Below, one piece after another: positions 15,961 to 25,668 of a stretch of DNA of 64,000 nucleotides. Numbering within the stretch: position 1 is the first letter of the stretch; each line of letters starts with the position of its first letter. Below the pieces are notes generated by a model. The model did not search any database. It worked only from the letters and a program-made list of their open reading frames with translations, and was not told where the DNA came from. Both the position numbers and the translations under genes were made by a program. The stretch comes from a virus. The DNA is taken from IMG/VR virus record IMGVR_UViG_3300028840_003906; one strand, written 5' to 3'.

Positions 15961-16725
15961 ATGACCACTACGGTAATACCGGTAGTCTCTATTCAGGAAG
16001 TGTACAGTACGGGGCAGATCAATGGATCCGCCCCGGACGGTACGCCGACTGATGAGCAGGAGTACAGGGGCAGGATCCAGAAATGGCTGGCTGGCTCTGT
16101 TGGCGGGGAATTCGATGCTCCAGATCTGACCGGCATGCGTGTCGAGCAGGTGTTCTGGTTCATCGAGGCCGCCTCAACTCCCAATGTCGACATCTACCTG
16201 GTGGACGACAATGGGACTGAGTACCTCATCGATTCACAGAATCTTGCGAGCGGATCGTGGGCTCAGACCAACCACGGGATCATGGTTCCTCCGGGGTTCA
16301 AGATCCGCGTCAAGTCCGATCAGGCAATTGGTGCTGCGGTCCCGATCGTCTCTGAGGACACTGGGGTTACCGGTGATGGTGTGTCTGCGGACTACGAACT
16401 TGTGTTCGCTGAGACGCCTGTCAAGGCTGGGACGGTATCCATTGTGGCTGGGAGCGTGACGTTCACGGATCCTGGCTCGGATGGAATTCTGGTTGGTGCC
16501 GGTGGCGGTGGGGGATCTGGGACGATCGATTATCTGACTGGTGTCGCGACGATTACCCTGAACACGCCATCAGATTTCAATGCGGTGAATGCGCTTGCGA
16601 GCTACACCCACGAGAAATTCGGGCGTGTGGGGATCGTGATTCACCAGGGATGGGGACAGCCAACGCCGAGTCAGACTGGAATGATTGGCAAAGAGAGTCT
16701 TCCTCCGTCCATGCAGCGGGCGTAG
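15961..16725 (+). CDS. sheath-associated/decoration protein
   Basis: Shares the F-TD..DG.L..G.G.I.Y.TG...ITL domain with the sheath inserts. Confidence 0.55.
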   Translation: MTTTVIPVVSIQEVYSTGQINGSAPDGTPTDEQEYRGRIQKWLAGSVGGEFDAPDLTGMRVEQVFWFIEAASTPNVDIYLVDDNGTEYLIDSQNLASGSWAQTNHGIMVPPGFKIRVKSDQAIGAAVPIVSEDTGVTGDGVSADYELVFAETPVKAGTVSIVAGSVTFTDPGSDGILVGAGGGGGSGTIDYLTGVATITLNTPSDFNAVNALASYTHEKFGRVGIVIHQGWGQPTPSQTGMIGKESLPPSMQRA

Positions 16726-16744
16726 GAGTTAAGGAGAGAGAGAA

Positions 16745-17272
16745 ATGGCACGAGCAGCTGTTGATGATCTGATGCAATCGTTCAGGTTTCACGTCGTTGC
16801 GACGACAGCCGACGCGACAAACCCTCTCGAATTCAGCCGTCCTGGCGAGTTCGAGGGAGGCGGGCAGGCTGGATTCCAAAGCGTGACGATTCCTGAGGTG
16901 AGCGTCGAGGCCACGGAGTACCGTGAGGGCACCTTCGTTTGGACCCAGAAATATCCTGGGCCGCCCACCGTATCGGACGTGACTCTGATGCGAGGTGTGG
17001 CGAAGGCCGACACAACCTTCTACGACTGGGTCAGGGATAGCATCGACGGCGACGAGTATCGCTGCGATGTTACGATCTACCACTACCAGCGCACAGAGAT
17101 GGGTGCTGCGTCTCAGTCGGAGACGGGAGACACCTTCCGTCGGATCGAGTGCAAGAACTGCTTTGGTATGCGCGCCAAGCCAGCTGGTGATTTCGACTCC
17201 ATGTCCGGGGAGGTATCCCTGGCCGAGGTCGACTTCGCGCTGGAGTCGTTCATCCTCGAACCGTCTGCATGA
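16745..17272 (+). CDS. tail tube protein (T4 gp19 / eCIS-type)
   Basis: FRFHV..GFQSVTIPE..EYREG..KYPG..VTLMRG..FYDW..E. Confidence 0.9.
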   Translation: MARAAVDDLMQSFRFHVVATTADATNPLEFSRPGEFEGGGQAGFQSVTIPEVSVEATEYREGTFVWTQKYPGPPTVSDVTLMRGVAKADTTFYDWVRDSIDGDEYRCDVTIYHYQRTEMGAASQSETGDTFRRIECKNCFGMRAKPAGDFDSMSGEVSLAEVDFALESFILEPSA

Positions 17273-17296
17273 TCTTCAGAGGGAGGAGCACCTTGA

Positions 17297-17854
17297 ATGG
17301 CCAGGAGTCGTGCAGCGGACTTTTTGCAGAACCATCGCTTCTGGCTACTTGATGTAGTTCCTAGCGCGACGTTCCCGTATCTGGTTTTGGGCGCCCCTCT
17401 TCTCGGGTTTCAATCCATCACAACGCCGGAATACACAGCTGACGTCGACGAGATCAAGCAGCTGAATTCGATGTACAAGAGGCATGTGTACTCCGGTGGT
17501 GGGGTGGGACCGATCACGTTGACACGTGGGATGCTTGGATACGACGACACGTTTTGGCAGTGGATGTCGAGGGCTATTCGTGGGATCGATACGACGAATC
17601 GGGATCTTTTGTTGATTCAGTTTTCAAACATAAGTTTGTCCGGTCTTGATGCTGGTCCTGTCGAGGACTTGCCAGGAGATGCCTGGGAGGGGAGAGCTTT
17701 TCTTCCGGCCAAAGCATGGCTTCTGTGGGATTGCATCCCGACGCGGTACAAAGCTGGATCGGACTTTGATGCCCAAAGTGGGCAGGTCAGCATTGCGGAG
17801 CTAGAGGTGCAACCGTGGGCTTTTACCGAAATCACACTCGGAAGCCCGTTATAG
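17297..17854 (+). CDS. second tail tube paralogue
   Basis: GFQSITTPE..ITLTRG..FWQW..CIPTRY..FDA..VSIAELEV. Confidence 0.85.
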   Translation: MARSRAADFLQNHRFWLLDVVPSATFPYLVLGAPLLGFQSITTPEYTADVDEIKQLNSMYKRHVYSGGGVGPITLTRGMLGYDDTFWQWMSRAIRGIDTTNRDLLLIQFSNISLSGLDAGPVEDLPGDAWEGRAFLPAKAWLLWDCIPTRYKAGSDFDAQSGQVSIAELEVQPWAFTEITLGSPL

Positions 17855-17864
17855 GAGAAGAGTG

Positions 17865-18320
17865 ATGTCGAGGAAATTGGTAGAGGAGCTGAAAAGTTTT
17901 CTGGATGACAAGCCGGTCGTGGCCGAAGGGAATGAGATCTCCGAGGATCAGGATGGCGAAGAGAATCCAGAAGAGAGCGAAGTGAGTGTGTTGGATGAGG
18001 TCGACAGTCTCCTGGGTGACGAAGATCAGGAAGTTGGTGATCTCGAAGAGATGAAGGTGTATGAGGTTCCGAGGCGCAAGGCTGATCTCGACGAGAAGAC
18101 ACCGGCAAATCTGAAGAAGCGCGTGGCTCTTTTGAAGAGCGCGGCCAAGAAGGTCGAGGGGGCGATTGGGGATCTGGCGAAGATTCCGAAGCTCGACTTC
18201 ATGGGGGATATCCCCCATTTCTCCGAGAAGCTCCATGATGCTCTTGTTGGCGAGGGTGCTGGCAGCGGGACCGGGCTCGTGGATCTAGCGAAGGGCTACG
18301 AGAAGGAAATGAAGAAGTAG
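17865..18320 (+). CDS. acidic hypothetical protein, leader MSRKLVEE
   Basis: RBS AGGAG; leader-like N-terminus. Confidence 0.65.
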   Translation: MSRKLVEELKSFLDDKPVVAEGNEISEDQDGEENPEESEVSVLDEVDSLLGDEDQEVGDLEEMKVYEVPRRKADLDEKTPANLKKRVALLKSAAKKVEGAIGDLAKIPKLDFMGDIPHFSEKLHDALVGEGAGSGTGLVDLAKGYEKEMKK

Positions 18321-18322
18321 GA

Positions 18323-18336
18323 CGAACTCAAGTTCG
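18323..18336. repeat. CGAAC-N4-GTTCG palindrome
   Basis: CGAACTCAAGTTCG between stop codon and RBS. Confidence 0.85.
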
Positions 18337-18352
18337 CTTGGAGGAGAGAATC

Positions 18353-18745
18353 ATGTCAGACGGAAAGAACAAGGTCCTCGGGATGCTCCTGGAGAATGCT
18401 GGAGTCAACCCGGATTCCATCCTTGGTGAAGGCGCCGTGGAAGAGTCCAGTTTCAAGATGGGAAAGGACCACATGGCGGCCCTCTCGCTCTGGAAGGGGC
18501 AGCACGGGAAGGGTTGGAAGAAGGCCCTCAAGAAGGCGTGGAAGACCGGAGACTACGGTCCGTCCCAGGGGACCAAGTTCGAGAAGCGGATGGACGCCGC
18601 CATGAAGGACCTAAAGGTCAAAGGTGGTCTTCGCTGGCTGGAAGCCTACGAGGATGTCCAGGACGATGGCGAAGGCGACGTGTCTGGTGGATTCAAGATG
18701 CGTGGTCTGATCGAGAAAAAGATGGAAGATGGCGATGTTTCATGA
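18353..18745 (+). CDS. hypothetical protein
   Basis: RBS GGAGGAG after the palindrome. Confidence 0.6.
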   Translation: MSDGKNKVLGMLLENAGVNPDSILGEGAVEESSFKMGKDHMAALSLWKGQHGKGWKKALKKAWKTGDYGPSQGTKFEKRMDAAMKDLKVKGGLRWLEAYEDVQDDGEGDVSGGFKMRGLIEKKMEDGDVS

Positions 18746-19079
18746 TCTGAAGTCCAGGAAGTTTGTCGTTGCGATTCTCGCTGCGATTCTGATCGTGGCC
18801 AACGATGCTCTCGGGAAGCCTGTGAGCGACGAGGCTATGTACTCCGCCCTCGGATTGATCGGAACGTACATCCTTGGACAGGGGATCGCCGATCATGGCG
18901 CTCAGGGGGCCGCTACGGCGGCCAGGAGGGCCGTGAACCATGGGGTGAGGATCGAGGCCGCTGTTCGGGACGTCCTGGGCATGGATGGCGTCGACGAGGC
19001 CCCTGTGGATGATGATGGGCCGAATTGGGAAGATACAACCGAGGTGGATCCCGAGGACAAGAAGGAGTTGCTCGGTTAG
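18729..19079 (+). CDS. holin-like membrane protein
   Basis: SRKF followed by two hydrophobic segments and an acidic tail; 1.2 kb upstream of the amidase. Confidence 0.5.
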   Translation: MAMFHDLKSRKFVVAILAAILIVANDALGKPVSDEAMYSALGLIGTYILGQGIADHGAQGAATAARRAVNHGVRIEAAVRDVLGMDGVDEAPVDDDGPNWEDTTEVDPEDKKELLG

Positions 19080-19124
19080 CAGTTTTGTCAGTTGAATGGT
19101 GCCGGTTGTTTTTTTTAGGGTTCG

Positions 19125-19138
19125 CGAACAATAGTTCG
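19125..19138. repeat. CGAAC-N4-GTTCG palindrome (variant)
   Basis: CGAACAATAGTTCG before an RBS. Confidence 0.75.
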
Positions 19139-19158
19139 CTTTGATAGGAGAGAGAAGA

Positions 19159-19680
19159 ATGAGAAACCCAGCAAACGCACCAAGTGATGACAAAATCAGG
19201 AACGCAGGAGCGGTTCCGTGGGCATCGCAGATCCCGAACGACACAGAGGCTGAGGGGAATTACGTCTCCGACGTGCTCAGCAACATGGGCGAGAGGCTTC
19301 GCGCTGTCGTCTCCGATCTCGCGATCGACACTCTCAACGATGAGCAGTCGGTTGCCCTGGGGGGTGTCGCATCGAAGCAGTTTGCTCCGACGCACGCCAT
19401 CGTGCAGATGGCAACTGTGTCCGGAGCTGCGGCGGCGGGTGACTTCCAGATCAGCATCGGAATCACCAGCGGTGGAACTGAGATCCTTGCTGCCACGGCA
19501 TGCACTGGCGTCATCGCAATCGACACCAAGCTGATCATCGATCTCAGTGCCGTCGTGAAGCCTGCTCTTCCGGCGAGTTCGACACTGTATGTCAAGGTCA
19601 CTACGGCGGACACGACGGCTGGTGCCGGTCACCTTGCCAAGGTGTACGTTGTCGGAGAGGTGATCGCGACAGAAGGATAA
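19159..19680 (+). CDS. virion decoration-like beta protein
   Basis: RBS AGGAG; Ala/Thr/Gly-rich jelly-roll-like pattern. Confidence 0.5.
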   Translation: MRNPANAPSDDKIRNAGAVPWASQIPNDTEAEGNYVSDVLSNMGERLRAVVSDLAIDTLNDEQSVALGGVASKQFAPTHAIVQMATVSGAAAAGDFQISIGITSGGTEILAATACTGVIAIDTKLIIDLSAVVKPALPASSTLYVKVTTADTTAGAGHLAKVYVVGEVIATEG

Positions 19681-19835
19681 AAATCCGCTTGGAACCGGAT
19701 GGAGTTTGGCATTTTGCAAGGGAAGTCAGTGATGAAATCGATGGCTGAAAAAGTGAAAGAAGCTGGGCTCCGTTTGGTTCTGGGCATCAATTTTGAGATT
19801 CCAAGCGCTCCCTCTGTTTGGGAGAGGTTTTCTTG

Positions 19836-20327
19836 ATGAAAGACGAAGTGAAAGCTGTCCCGGTAGACATGTCTCCGCAGTACGTGGCAACAGAGGATGC
19901 GTTATCCACGGCGAGATATCTGCTCTTCAAGACGGGGCTGGTGAACCGGGGTTTTGTTTCGCCGAGCCCGACCGGGACAGCTGAATATTCGATGACTCTG
20001 GTTGCCGATCTCCTGGATGCGAAGCGCAAGAGTGTGGGATCCGTTCGGGTCAATGTGCTGGTCCCGGTTGCTGGGAATAGCATCAAGTACATCATCGAGT
20101 GGACCAGGGACATCTTTGGGTTCTGGTACCGGCAGGTGGTGGTTGTCCCGGACGGGGTGAGTGATCCGATTGCGAAGAGTGTCCCGAAGTTGAAGCAGGC
20201 TTTCGAGTCAGTGAGATGGACGGCACAGGGGGTCACGAAGGTGGCCTCCATGAACAGGATGTTCAAAAAGGTGAAGAAAAACCGGACTGCCGATCGGACG
20301 GTTCGCGCAGGGATGAGGATGTGGTGA
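19836..20327 (+). CDS. hypothetical protein
   Basis: RBS GGAGAGG; stop overlaps the next start. Confidence 0.6.
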   Translation: MKDEVKAVPVDMSPQYVATEDALSTARYLLFKTGLVNRGFVSPSPTGTAEYSMTLVADLLDAKRKSVGSVRVNVLVPVAGNSIKYIIEWTRDIFGFWYRQVVVVPDGVSDPIAKSVPKLKQAFESVRWTAQGVTKVASMNRMFKKVKKNRTADRTVRAGMRMW

Positions 20328-21289
20328 TGCTGACGAAGAATCAGGTTTCTGCGGCGAACAGCTACAACGCGGGTCGTATCTCGGATGGGCGCCTGGACGT
20401 GAACACGATGCCGTGGCCATGGGACGAGTTGACCGGGGATGGTTTTGTGTGGGCCACGGTGGCGTTTCAGCAGGACCAGAGGCTCTCGGTGGACGGGAAG
20501 CTGGGGCCTGCGACGGAAGGCGCCATTCGTGGTGAGTTTGGCTCTCAGGAGCCGTCGGTACCGCCGGTGGTTGAGGTTCCAGATGGGCAGTTCTCGAATG
20601 CGATCATCGTTGACGGGAAGCGCATCGTTCTTCCTGAGGAGTTCGTGAAGGCCGGGTTGTCCGCGAGCAACTATCTGGATGATGGGGAGGCCCATTTCAA
20701 GAGTGGCGTCAGAGCAGATGATCCTGTCCACTTTGTGCTGCATGAGACGTGCGGAAATACGGCGTCTGGTTGCGTGAATACGCTGAACCGGAAGGCCAAG
20801 GACAGCGGGTACAATTACGGTGTCCATTTGATCATGGATCCTGGTGGCCATATTTCATGTCACAACGACCTCGTGAGAGAGCAAGTTGTTCATGCCAACC
20901 AGTGCAACAAGACGTCGTTTGGGATCGAGGTGGTGAATCCGTACGCTCCGAGCTACGTCTCGAAGCCTGACGTTTTTTCGAAGACGATTCCCGCTCAGTG
21001 GTGGACCTGGTGCCCGGATAAGAATGATCGTCGCTACGTATTGCCGACGGATGCTCAGATGGCAGCGATTCGGTTGTTGGCACCATGGCTTTGCGAGGTC
21101 ACCGGGGTTCCGTTCTGTTTCCCGACCAAGAACCTGAACGGCGGGAACCGTCAAATCAATGGATGGGATGCATCTCCGAAGGCCAGGCCGAATCCTGGGG
21201 TGGTCGCACATCGTGACTTCTCTTCGCACGCGGACGGCCGATACATGCTTCTGGATCTGATCGACTTCTCCCAAGGAGGGATGGAATGA
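20327..21289 (+). CDS. endolysin: peptidoglycan-binding domain plus N-acetylmuramoyl-L-alanine amidase (Amidase_2-like)
   Basis: FQQDQRLSVDGKLGPAT (peptidoglycan binding); FVLHET..GVHLIM..HANQCN..GIEVVN..VAHRDFSSHADG (Zn amidase). Confidence 0.85.
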   Translation: MLTKNQVSAANSYNAGRISDGRLDVNTMPWPWDELTGDGFVWATVAFQQDQRLSVDGKLGPATEGAIRGEFGSQEPSVPPVVEVPDGQFSNAIIVDGKRIVLPEEFVKAGLSASNYLDDGEAHFKSGVRADDPVHFVLHETCGNTASGCVNTLNRKAKDSGYNYGVHLIMDPGGHISCHNDLVREQVVHANQCNKTSFGIEVVNPYAPSYVSKPDVFSKTIPAQWWTWCPDKNDRRYVLPTDAQMAAIRLLAPWLCEVTGVPFCFPTKNLNGGNRQINGWDASPKARPNPGVVAHRDFSSHADGRYMLLDLIDFSQGGME

Positions 21290-21900
21290 AACGCTTGCTC
21301 GAAAGTCTCGGGACCTTTCTCGATGAGGCGAAAGGGAAGAAGAAGCGGAAACGCCGCATGCGTAGGCGCGCGCGGGAGGCGGATGTCGCGCTGGCCAGGG
21401 GTATTGGAAGTGCCATGCGTGCACGCGCGCACGAGATCGAGAAGCTTCTTCCTGTTCCATGGGAGATCTCTGGGAATTTGGATCTGGATAGGCAGAGTGT
21501 TGAGAAGCATGGAGAGGTCCACATGGATGGGGCGATCCTTGCAGACCACGACTATCCGATCGGCGTGAACGATGACGGGGATAGGTTCAACGAGGCCGAG
21601 GCTCGGATTGTCGTTTCTTGCATCCCGGAGAATGGTGGTTCAGAGGTCGGGTGTGCGGTCGTCGTGGACGAGTTCTATCCGACATCCCGGGATCACGATT
21701 CTGTGGAGCTGAAACCCGCTCTCAGGATGGGAGAGGTGTTTGTCGAGTCGGTGTGGAAAAAGAAGAAAAAGCCGTTTGACCCTGGTCGTGATCTCTGGCC
21801 TCTGATAAAAGAGGCTATGGTCAAGCTCAGGAAAAAAATGCCAGAATATGAAGAGCTGGATCCTGACTACGGTCTGTCTGATACCGAGCGGTATCTGTAA
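21286..21900 (+). CDS. hypothetical protein, leader MKRLLES
   Basis: Overlapping stop/start; RBS GGAGG. Confidence 0.65.
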   Translation: MKRLLESLGTFLDEAKGKKKRKRRMRRRAREADVALARGIGSAMRARAHEIEKLLPVPWEISGNLDLDRQSVEKHGEVHMDGAILADHDYPIGVNDDGDRFNEAEARIVVSCIPENGGSEVGCAVVVDEFYPTSRDHDSVELKPALRMGEVFVESVWKKKKKPFDPGRDLWPLIKEAMVKLRKKMPEYEELDPDYGLSDTERYL

Positions 21901-21917
21901 CTCGGGTGGAGTGAGAA

Positions 21918-22256
21918 ATGAGAAATCTTACCGGAAGACTTGAGAACTTCATCTCCTCTGCGAATGGCAAGCGGAAGGAGAACGCTCTCTCTGTCAAGGA
22001 GGAGCGGTTGTTCCGTTCGCTGAAGACGCAGGGCGAGCGTGCGGTCAAGGGTCGTGAGGTCACGAAGACGGTTTTCGAGTCGAAGTTCCGTGATTCCGTC
22101 TCGTTTCTCATGATCATGGAGGGGCGCCACTCGATGTCCGTTGGAAGCCAAGTGGCGAGGCGATTCGAGGAGTCCGCGATGGTGGAGGCGGTGGAGGTCG
22201 TGAAGACGAAGCGCGGTGCGTGCGTCGTTGTTCGTCCTGCAGGTGAAGATGCGTGA
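21918..22256 (+). CDS. hypothetical protein, leader MRNLTGRLE
   Basis: RBS GGAG. Confidence 0.6.
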   Translation: MRNLTGRLENFISSANGKRKENALSVKEERLFRSLKTQGERAVKGREVTKTVFESKFRDSVSFLMIMEGRHSMSVGSQVARRFEESAMVEAVEVVKTKRGACVVVRPAGEDA

Positions 22257-22587
22257 TCTGATTGAAAGGAAGATGTCCGATTTCGAGCGGATTGGTCTTC
22301 GTGCCATGAAGAAGGCGAAGGAGCGCGAGGCGAGGGATCCTGATCAGCCGTGGTGGGCCTTCGGGTACATCGAGGGGGATTACGAGGGTGTGAAGCAGAA
22401 GGCAAACTCGCAGAGGTTGCGCCCGAAGAACATCAAAGAGAGCAAGGCTGGAATGTATTGGAGACCTCGTAAATCGATCATGAGGATCAGCGGTCTCAAG
22501 AGTAAGGTTGTTGCATTTTACAACAACAACGAGAACCGGTTTGTCGTGTTCAAAGAGGGGATGGGGCCAGCCCCTTCATCTCCATAG
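22249..22587 (+). CDS. hypothetical protein, leader MRDLIERK
   Basis: Internal ATG after AGGTG; leader motif. Confidence 0.65.
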   Translation: MRDLIERKMSDFERIGLRAMKKAKEREARDPDQPWWAFGYIEGDYEGVKQKANSQRLRPKNIKESKAGMYWRPRKSIMRISGLKSKVVAFYNNNENRFVVFKEGMGPAPSSP

Positions 22588-22602
22588 TGAGGAGAGATTT
22601 CA

Positions 22603-22911
22603 ATGAGTGGAACGAGTGGGACAATTTTTGAAGAGATGAAGATCGCAGATCGCATCATGGGCAACGTGTCAGAGGAAGAGGTTCTCGACGAGGCTTCTTA
22701 CGACAACAAGAGTGCGTACAAGGCTGCCAAAGAGGCGCTCGCGAGCGTCCAGAAGGCTGGTCTAACGATGAAGGATATGGCGAAATCGAAGTGGGGCAAG
22801 GCGAACAGCAGCGATGCTAGGGCGCTGAATGATCTAGTCAAGCAGACTGACAAGGTCGCCTCGAAACTCAGGGGTATTGCTGCTGGGCTGGGGGTTCAGG
22901 CTGGAGTGTAG
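22603..22911 (+). CDS. hypothetical helical protein
   Basis: RBS GAGGAG. Confidence 0.65.
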   Translation: MSGTSGTIFEEMKIADRIMGNVSEEEVLDEASYDNKSAYKAAKEALASVQKAGLTMKDMAKSKWGKANSSDARALNDLVKQTDKVASKLRGIAAGLGVQAGV

Positions 22912-22919
22912 GTGATCTC

Positions 22920-23555
22920 ATGACGACTTCTGCAAACATCGACGGTGTTGTGAAGCCTCTTGGTATGGTTCGCCGGGATTTTCATTATGGATCTGGGCGC
23001 GTGTACACGATTGGTGAGATCACTCCTCGCCGGAAGAAGAAAAAGACCGGCTATGCCAAGGTGGGCATGATCCGGATCGAGAGCGCAGGCCCCGTGGAGG
23101 AAGCTTCATTCACGAAGCCGTACGGTGCCAAGAAGGACAACCTCTGGCTGACTGGCAAGAAGGTCGGTGTTTGGAGGACGATCCGTGGGCGCAGGTACTT
23201 CTTCCCTCTGGACGGATCCTCTCCGACCCCGACGGTCAAGGGTGGCAAAAAGAAGGGCAAGGGGATCCTGGCAAAGGTCCTCGGTGTCGTTGGCATTGGT
23301 GGCCCGAAGAAGAAAAAGAAGAAGTCAAAGAGCCGTGAATCTGCCGCTGGGATTGAGCAGGCGAGCGACGCCATGAAGAAGACAACGGAGCTTCTCAGGA
23401 AGGCCAAGGGGTCCAAGGGCGGCAAGGCTGTCACAGGCCCGCTGAAGGCGATGCAGAAGGCTTTGCAGAACGATGACGCAAAGGCGTTCAAGAAGGCCGA
23501 GAAGAGCCTCCAGAAGGCCGCACAGAAGCTCGCCAAGCGCAAGGGGCAGGGATGA
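22920..23555 (+). CDS. very basic Lys-rich protein (possible DNA-condensing head protein)
   Basis: Poly-K tracts; GVWRTIRGRRYFF motif. Confidence 0.6.
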   Translation: MTTSANIDGVVKPLGMVRRDFHYGSGRVYTIGEITPRRKKKKTGYAKVGMIRIESAGPVEEASFTKPYGAKKDNLWLTGKKVGVWRTIRGRRYFFPLDGSSPTPTVKGGKKKGKGILAKVLGVVGIGGPKKKKKKSKSRESAAGIEQASDAMKKTTELLRKAKGSKGGKAVTGPLKAMQKALQNDDAKAFKKAEKSLQKAAQKLAKRKGQG

Positions 23556-24382
23556 GAACTCTTCTGGAAAGAATGGATGAGCTTGATGTGCTGATCCTGG
23601 AGTCATGGCAGAGTACTGTCACTCTCGAACTCGATGATTTCGAGGACGAGGTGGAGGGCTATATGTATGACTCATTTTTCCGGGCAAAAGAAAGACGACC
23701 GGAGGAGTACGATGCCAAGGACTGGCGCAAGGACAAGGGGTATTCTGATTGGCACAAGATGGTTGTCGGCCCGACCAGGAAGAGCATGGCGAAGATCGCC
23801 AGCGGTGTCGCGCGCATCATAAAGGGGCTGGATCTCGATGGGATTCGAGCGACGGTCAAGCCGTGGCCGAGGTCTACCATGTACTCAAGCGGCGGTGATT
23901 ACGGGACACCTACTGACATGGCGACCGTTTACATTCATAGGGGTGGAAAGCGCGGGAGAACATCTCCGAGCTTTACGTATTTTGGCCCGCGAGAGATTGA
24001 TGATGTTCTCGATGCTGGGGACGGTGACTTTTTCAACGATCCAGAAGTGGAGCATGCATATTTCCAGGTCGTGAGTGAGCTTCGGAGCCCTGGGAGCACG
24101 AGGAAGAGGAAGCCTGTGAAGGTTTACACCTCCAGGCCGAAGAAGGATCGGAAGATCTACGATAACGCGAAAGAGGTCCCATCTGGCATTTTTGTGACGA
24201 ACGATCCTGATCGTGCGTATGGATTTGGCCGCGATCTCGGAAGCAAGGATGGTCGAGATTTGTACCGGATTGTTGTTGATAGCAATCGGCTGGTGCAGAC
24301 GCTGAAGTCTGGAAGGATCAGGGACTATCAGATTGTCGGCAAGGGCAAGGTTCCGATTCGCGAGATTGAGAGGATTGCATGA
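23552..24382 (+). CDS. leader-bearing protein with a putative ADP-ribosyltransferase-like C-terminal fold
   Basis: MRTLLERM leader; KVYTS..GIFVTNDPDRAYGFG..LYRIVV. Confidence 0.45.
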   Translation: MRTLLERMDELDVLILESWQSTVTLELDDFEDEVEGYMYDSFFRAKERRPEEYDAKDWRKDKGYSDWHKMVVGPTRKSMAKIASGVARIIKGLDLDGIRATVKPWPRSTMYSSGGDYGTPTDMATVYIHRGGKRGRTSPSFTYFGPREIDDVLDAGDGDFFNDPEVEHAYFQVVSELRSPGSTRKRKPVKVYTSRPKKDRKIYDNAKEVPSGIFVTNDPDRAYGFGRDLGSKDGRDLYRIVVDSNRLVQTLKSGRIRDYQIVGKGKVPIREIERIA

Positions 24383-24705
24383 GGGATCTTTTGGAGAGGC
24401 TTGCTTCTGTATCCGAGCAGAGGAATGGTGAGTACGAGGGTCGCAAGGTGAAGCTTGAGGATCCGTTCAGGTTGCCTTCTGGCAGTAAGAAGAAGTTCGG
24501 CGTCTATGTTCGAAACCCGGATACTGGGAATGTGGTGAAGGTCACGTTTGGGGATCCGAACATGGAGATCAAACGTGACGATCCCGAGAGAAGGAAGTCC
24601 TTCAGGGCGCGTCATCGGTGCTCAGAGCAGTCTGACAAGACGTCAGCTGCGTACTGGAGCTGCAAGATGTGGGAAAAAGGAACTCCGGTTTCAGATTTGG
24701 ATTAG
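24379..24705 (+). CDS. conserved viral protein (DUF5754-like), leader MRDLLERL
   Basis: KKFGVYV..VKVTFGD..RRKSFRARHRC..AYWSCKMW. Confidence 0.65.
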   Translation: MRDLLERLASVSEQRNGEYEGRKVKLEDPFRLPSGSKKKFGVYVRNPDTGNVVKVTFGDPNMEIKRDDPERRKSFRARHRCSEQSDKTSAAYWSCKMWEKGTPVSDLD

Positions 24706-24714
24706 GAGAGGATC

Positions 24715-25308
24715 ATGGAGAATACACGGAAGCTGATGGAGGGTTTGGAGACTGCCTTGGACGAAGAAAAGTGGGTCAAGGGCGTCGAGACGAAGTGGTC
24801 TCCGCCAGAGGGGTTCTTCAAGCAGGATGCCGGGAAGATCGCGAGTGGTCTCATGTCGGCGTCGAAGGACAAGGCCCAGGCTATGGAGCGGCTGAACTTC
24901 TACATCAACCGTGCCGGGAAGAACCTCAGCGATGAGGACAAGTCTCGCCTGGAGGACGCAAAGAAGAAGCTGTCTGCCATGGGAGAGGATGTCGAGGAGA
25001 TCAGCGAGGCAAAGGCGGGTGCCGCATCTGTTCGGCTGATCAAGTCAAAAACCGACTTCCTGAAGAAGCAAGCTGGGGAACTTCAGAAGGCCGCGTCTGA
25101 GATGCAGTCTGTTTCCAATAAGGCAGGGAAGGCAGGACACTGGGCGATTGCTAATGGCATGTTCCATGTTGCTGCCAGGGTTGAGGATTATGTTCGTCGT
25201 GCGCTCAACGAGGTTGAACTTGCGATGGATTCTCTTCCTGGCGATGACGCTTCAGATTCTGTCATGCGTGATTGGGCGATTCGCGTGAAAGACGGGTATT
25301 ACAGGTAG
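24715..25308 (+). CDS. DUF3175-like protein
   Basis: AMERLNFYINRAGKNL..RLEDAKKKL motif. Confidence 0.6.
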   Translation: MENTRKLMEGLETALDEEKWVKGVETKWSPPEGFFKQDAGKIASGLMSASKDKAQAMERLNFYINRAGKNLSDEDKSRLEDAKKKLSAMGEDVEEISEAKAGAASVRLIKSKTDFLKKQAGELQKAASEMQSVSNKAGKAGHWAIANGMFHVAARVEDYVRRALNEVELAMDSLPGDDASDSVMRDWAIRVKDGYYR

Positions 25309-25311
25309 GTC

Positions 25312-25668
25312 ATGGCGATCAAGTGGGAGCCCAGGCCATTTCCGGCAAAGGTCCTGCGTGTTGTCGATGGCGATACGCTGGAGCTTCTGATCGACTGCGG
25401 GTTTGACATCCATAGTCGTCAGATGGTTCGGCTTGCGCGCGTGGACACCCCTGAGATCCGTGGCGAGGAGCGCAACGAAGGTCTGAAGTCCATGGAGTTT
25501 GTAGAGGACTTTCTTCACGGGGTTGAGCAGGTTCTTGTGACAACCCAGAAGGACAGGGGAAAGTTCGGCAGGTATATCGGCGAGATTGTCGTCATAAAAG
25601 ATGGCGAAATGGTCAACCTGAGTGATAGACTGCTGGAAGAAGGTCTGGCAGAGGAGTATGGGAAATGA
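25312..25668 (+). CDS. thermonuclease (SNase-like) protein
   Basis: VLRVVDGDT..VRLARVDTPE..GKFGRYIG. Confidence 0.85.
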   Translation: MAIKWEPRPFPAKVLRVVDGDTLELLIDCGFDIHSRQMVRLARVDTPEIRGEERNEGLKSMEFVEDFLHGVEQVLVTTQKDRGKFGRYIGEIVVIKDGEMVNLSDRLLEEGLAEEYGK

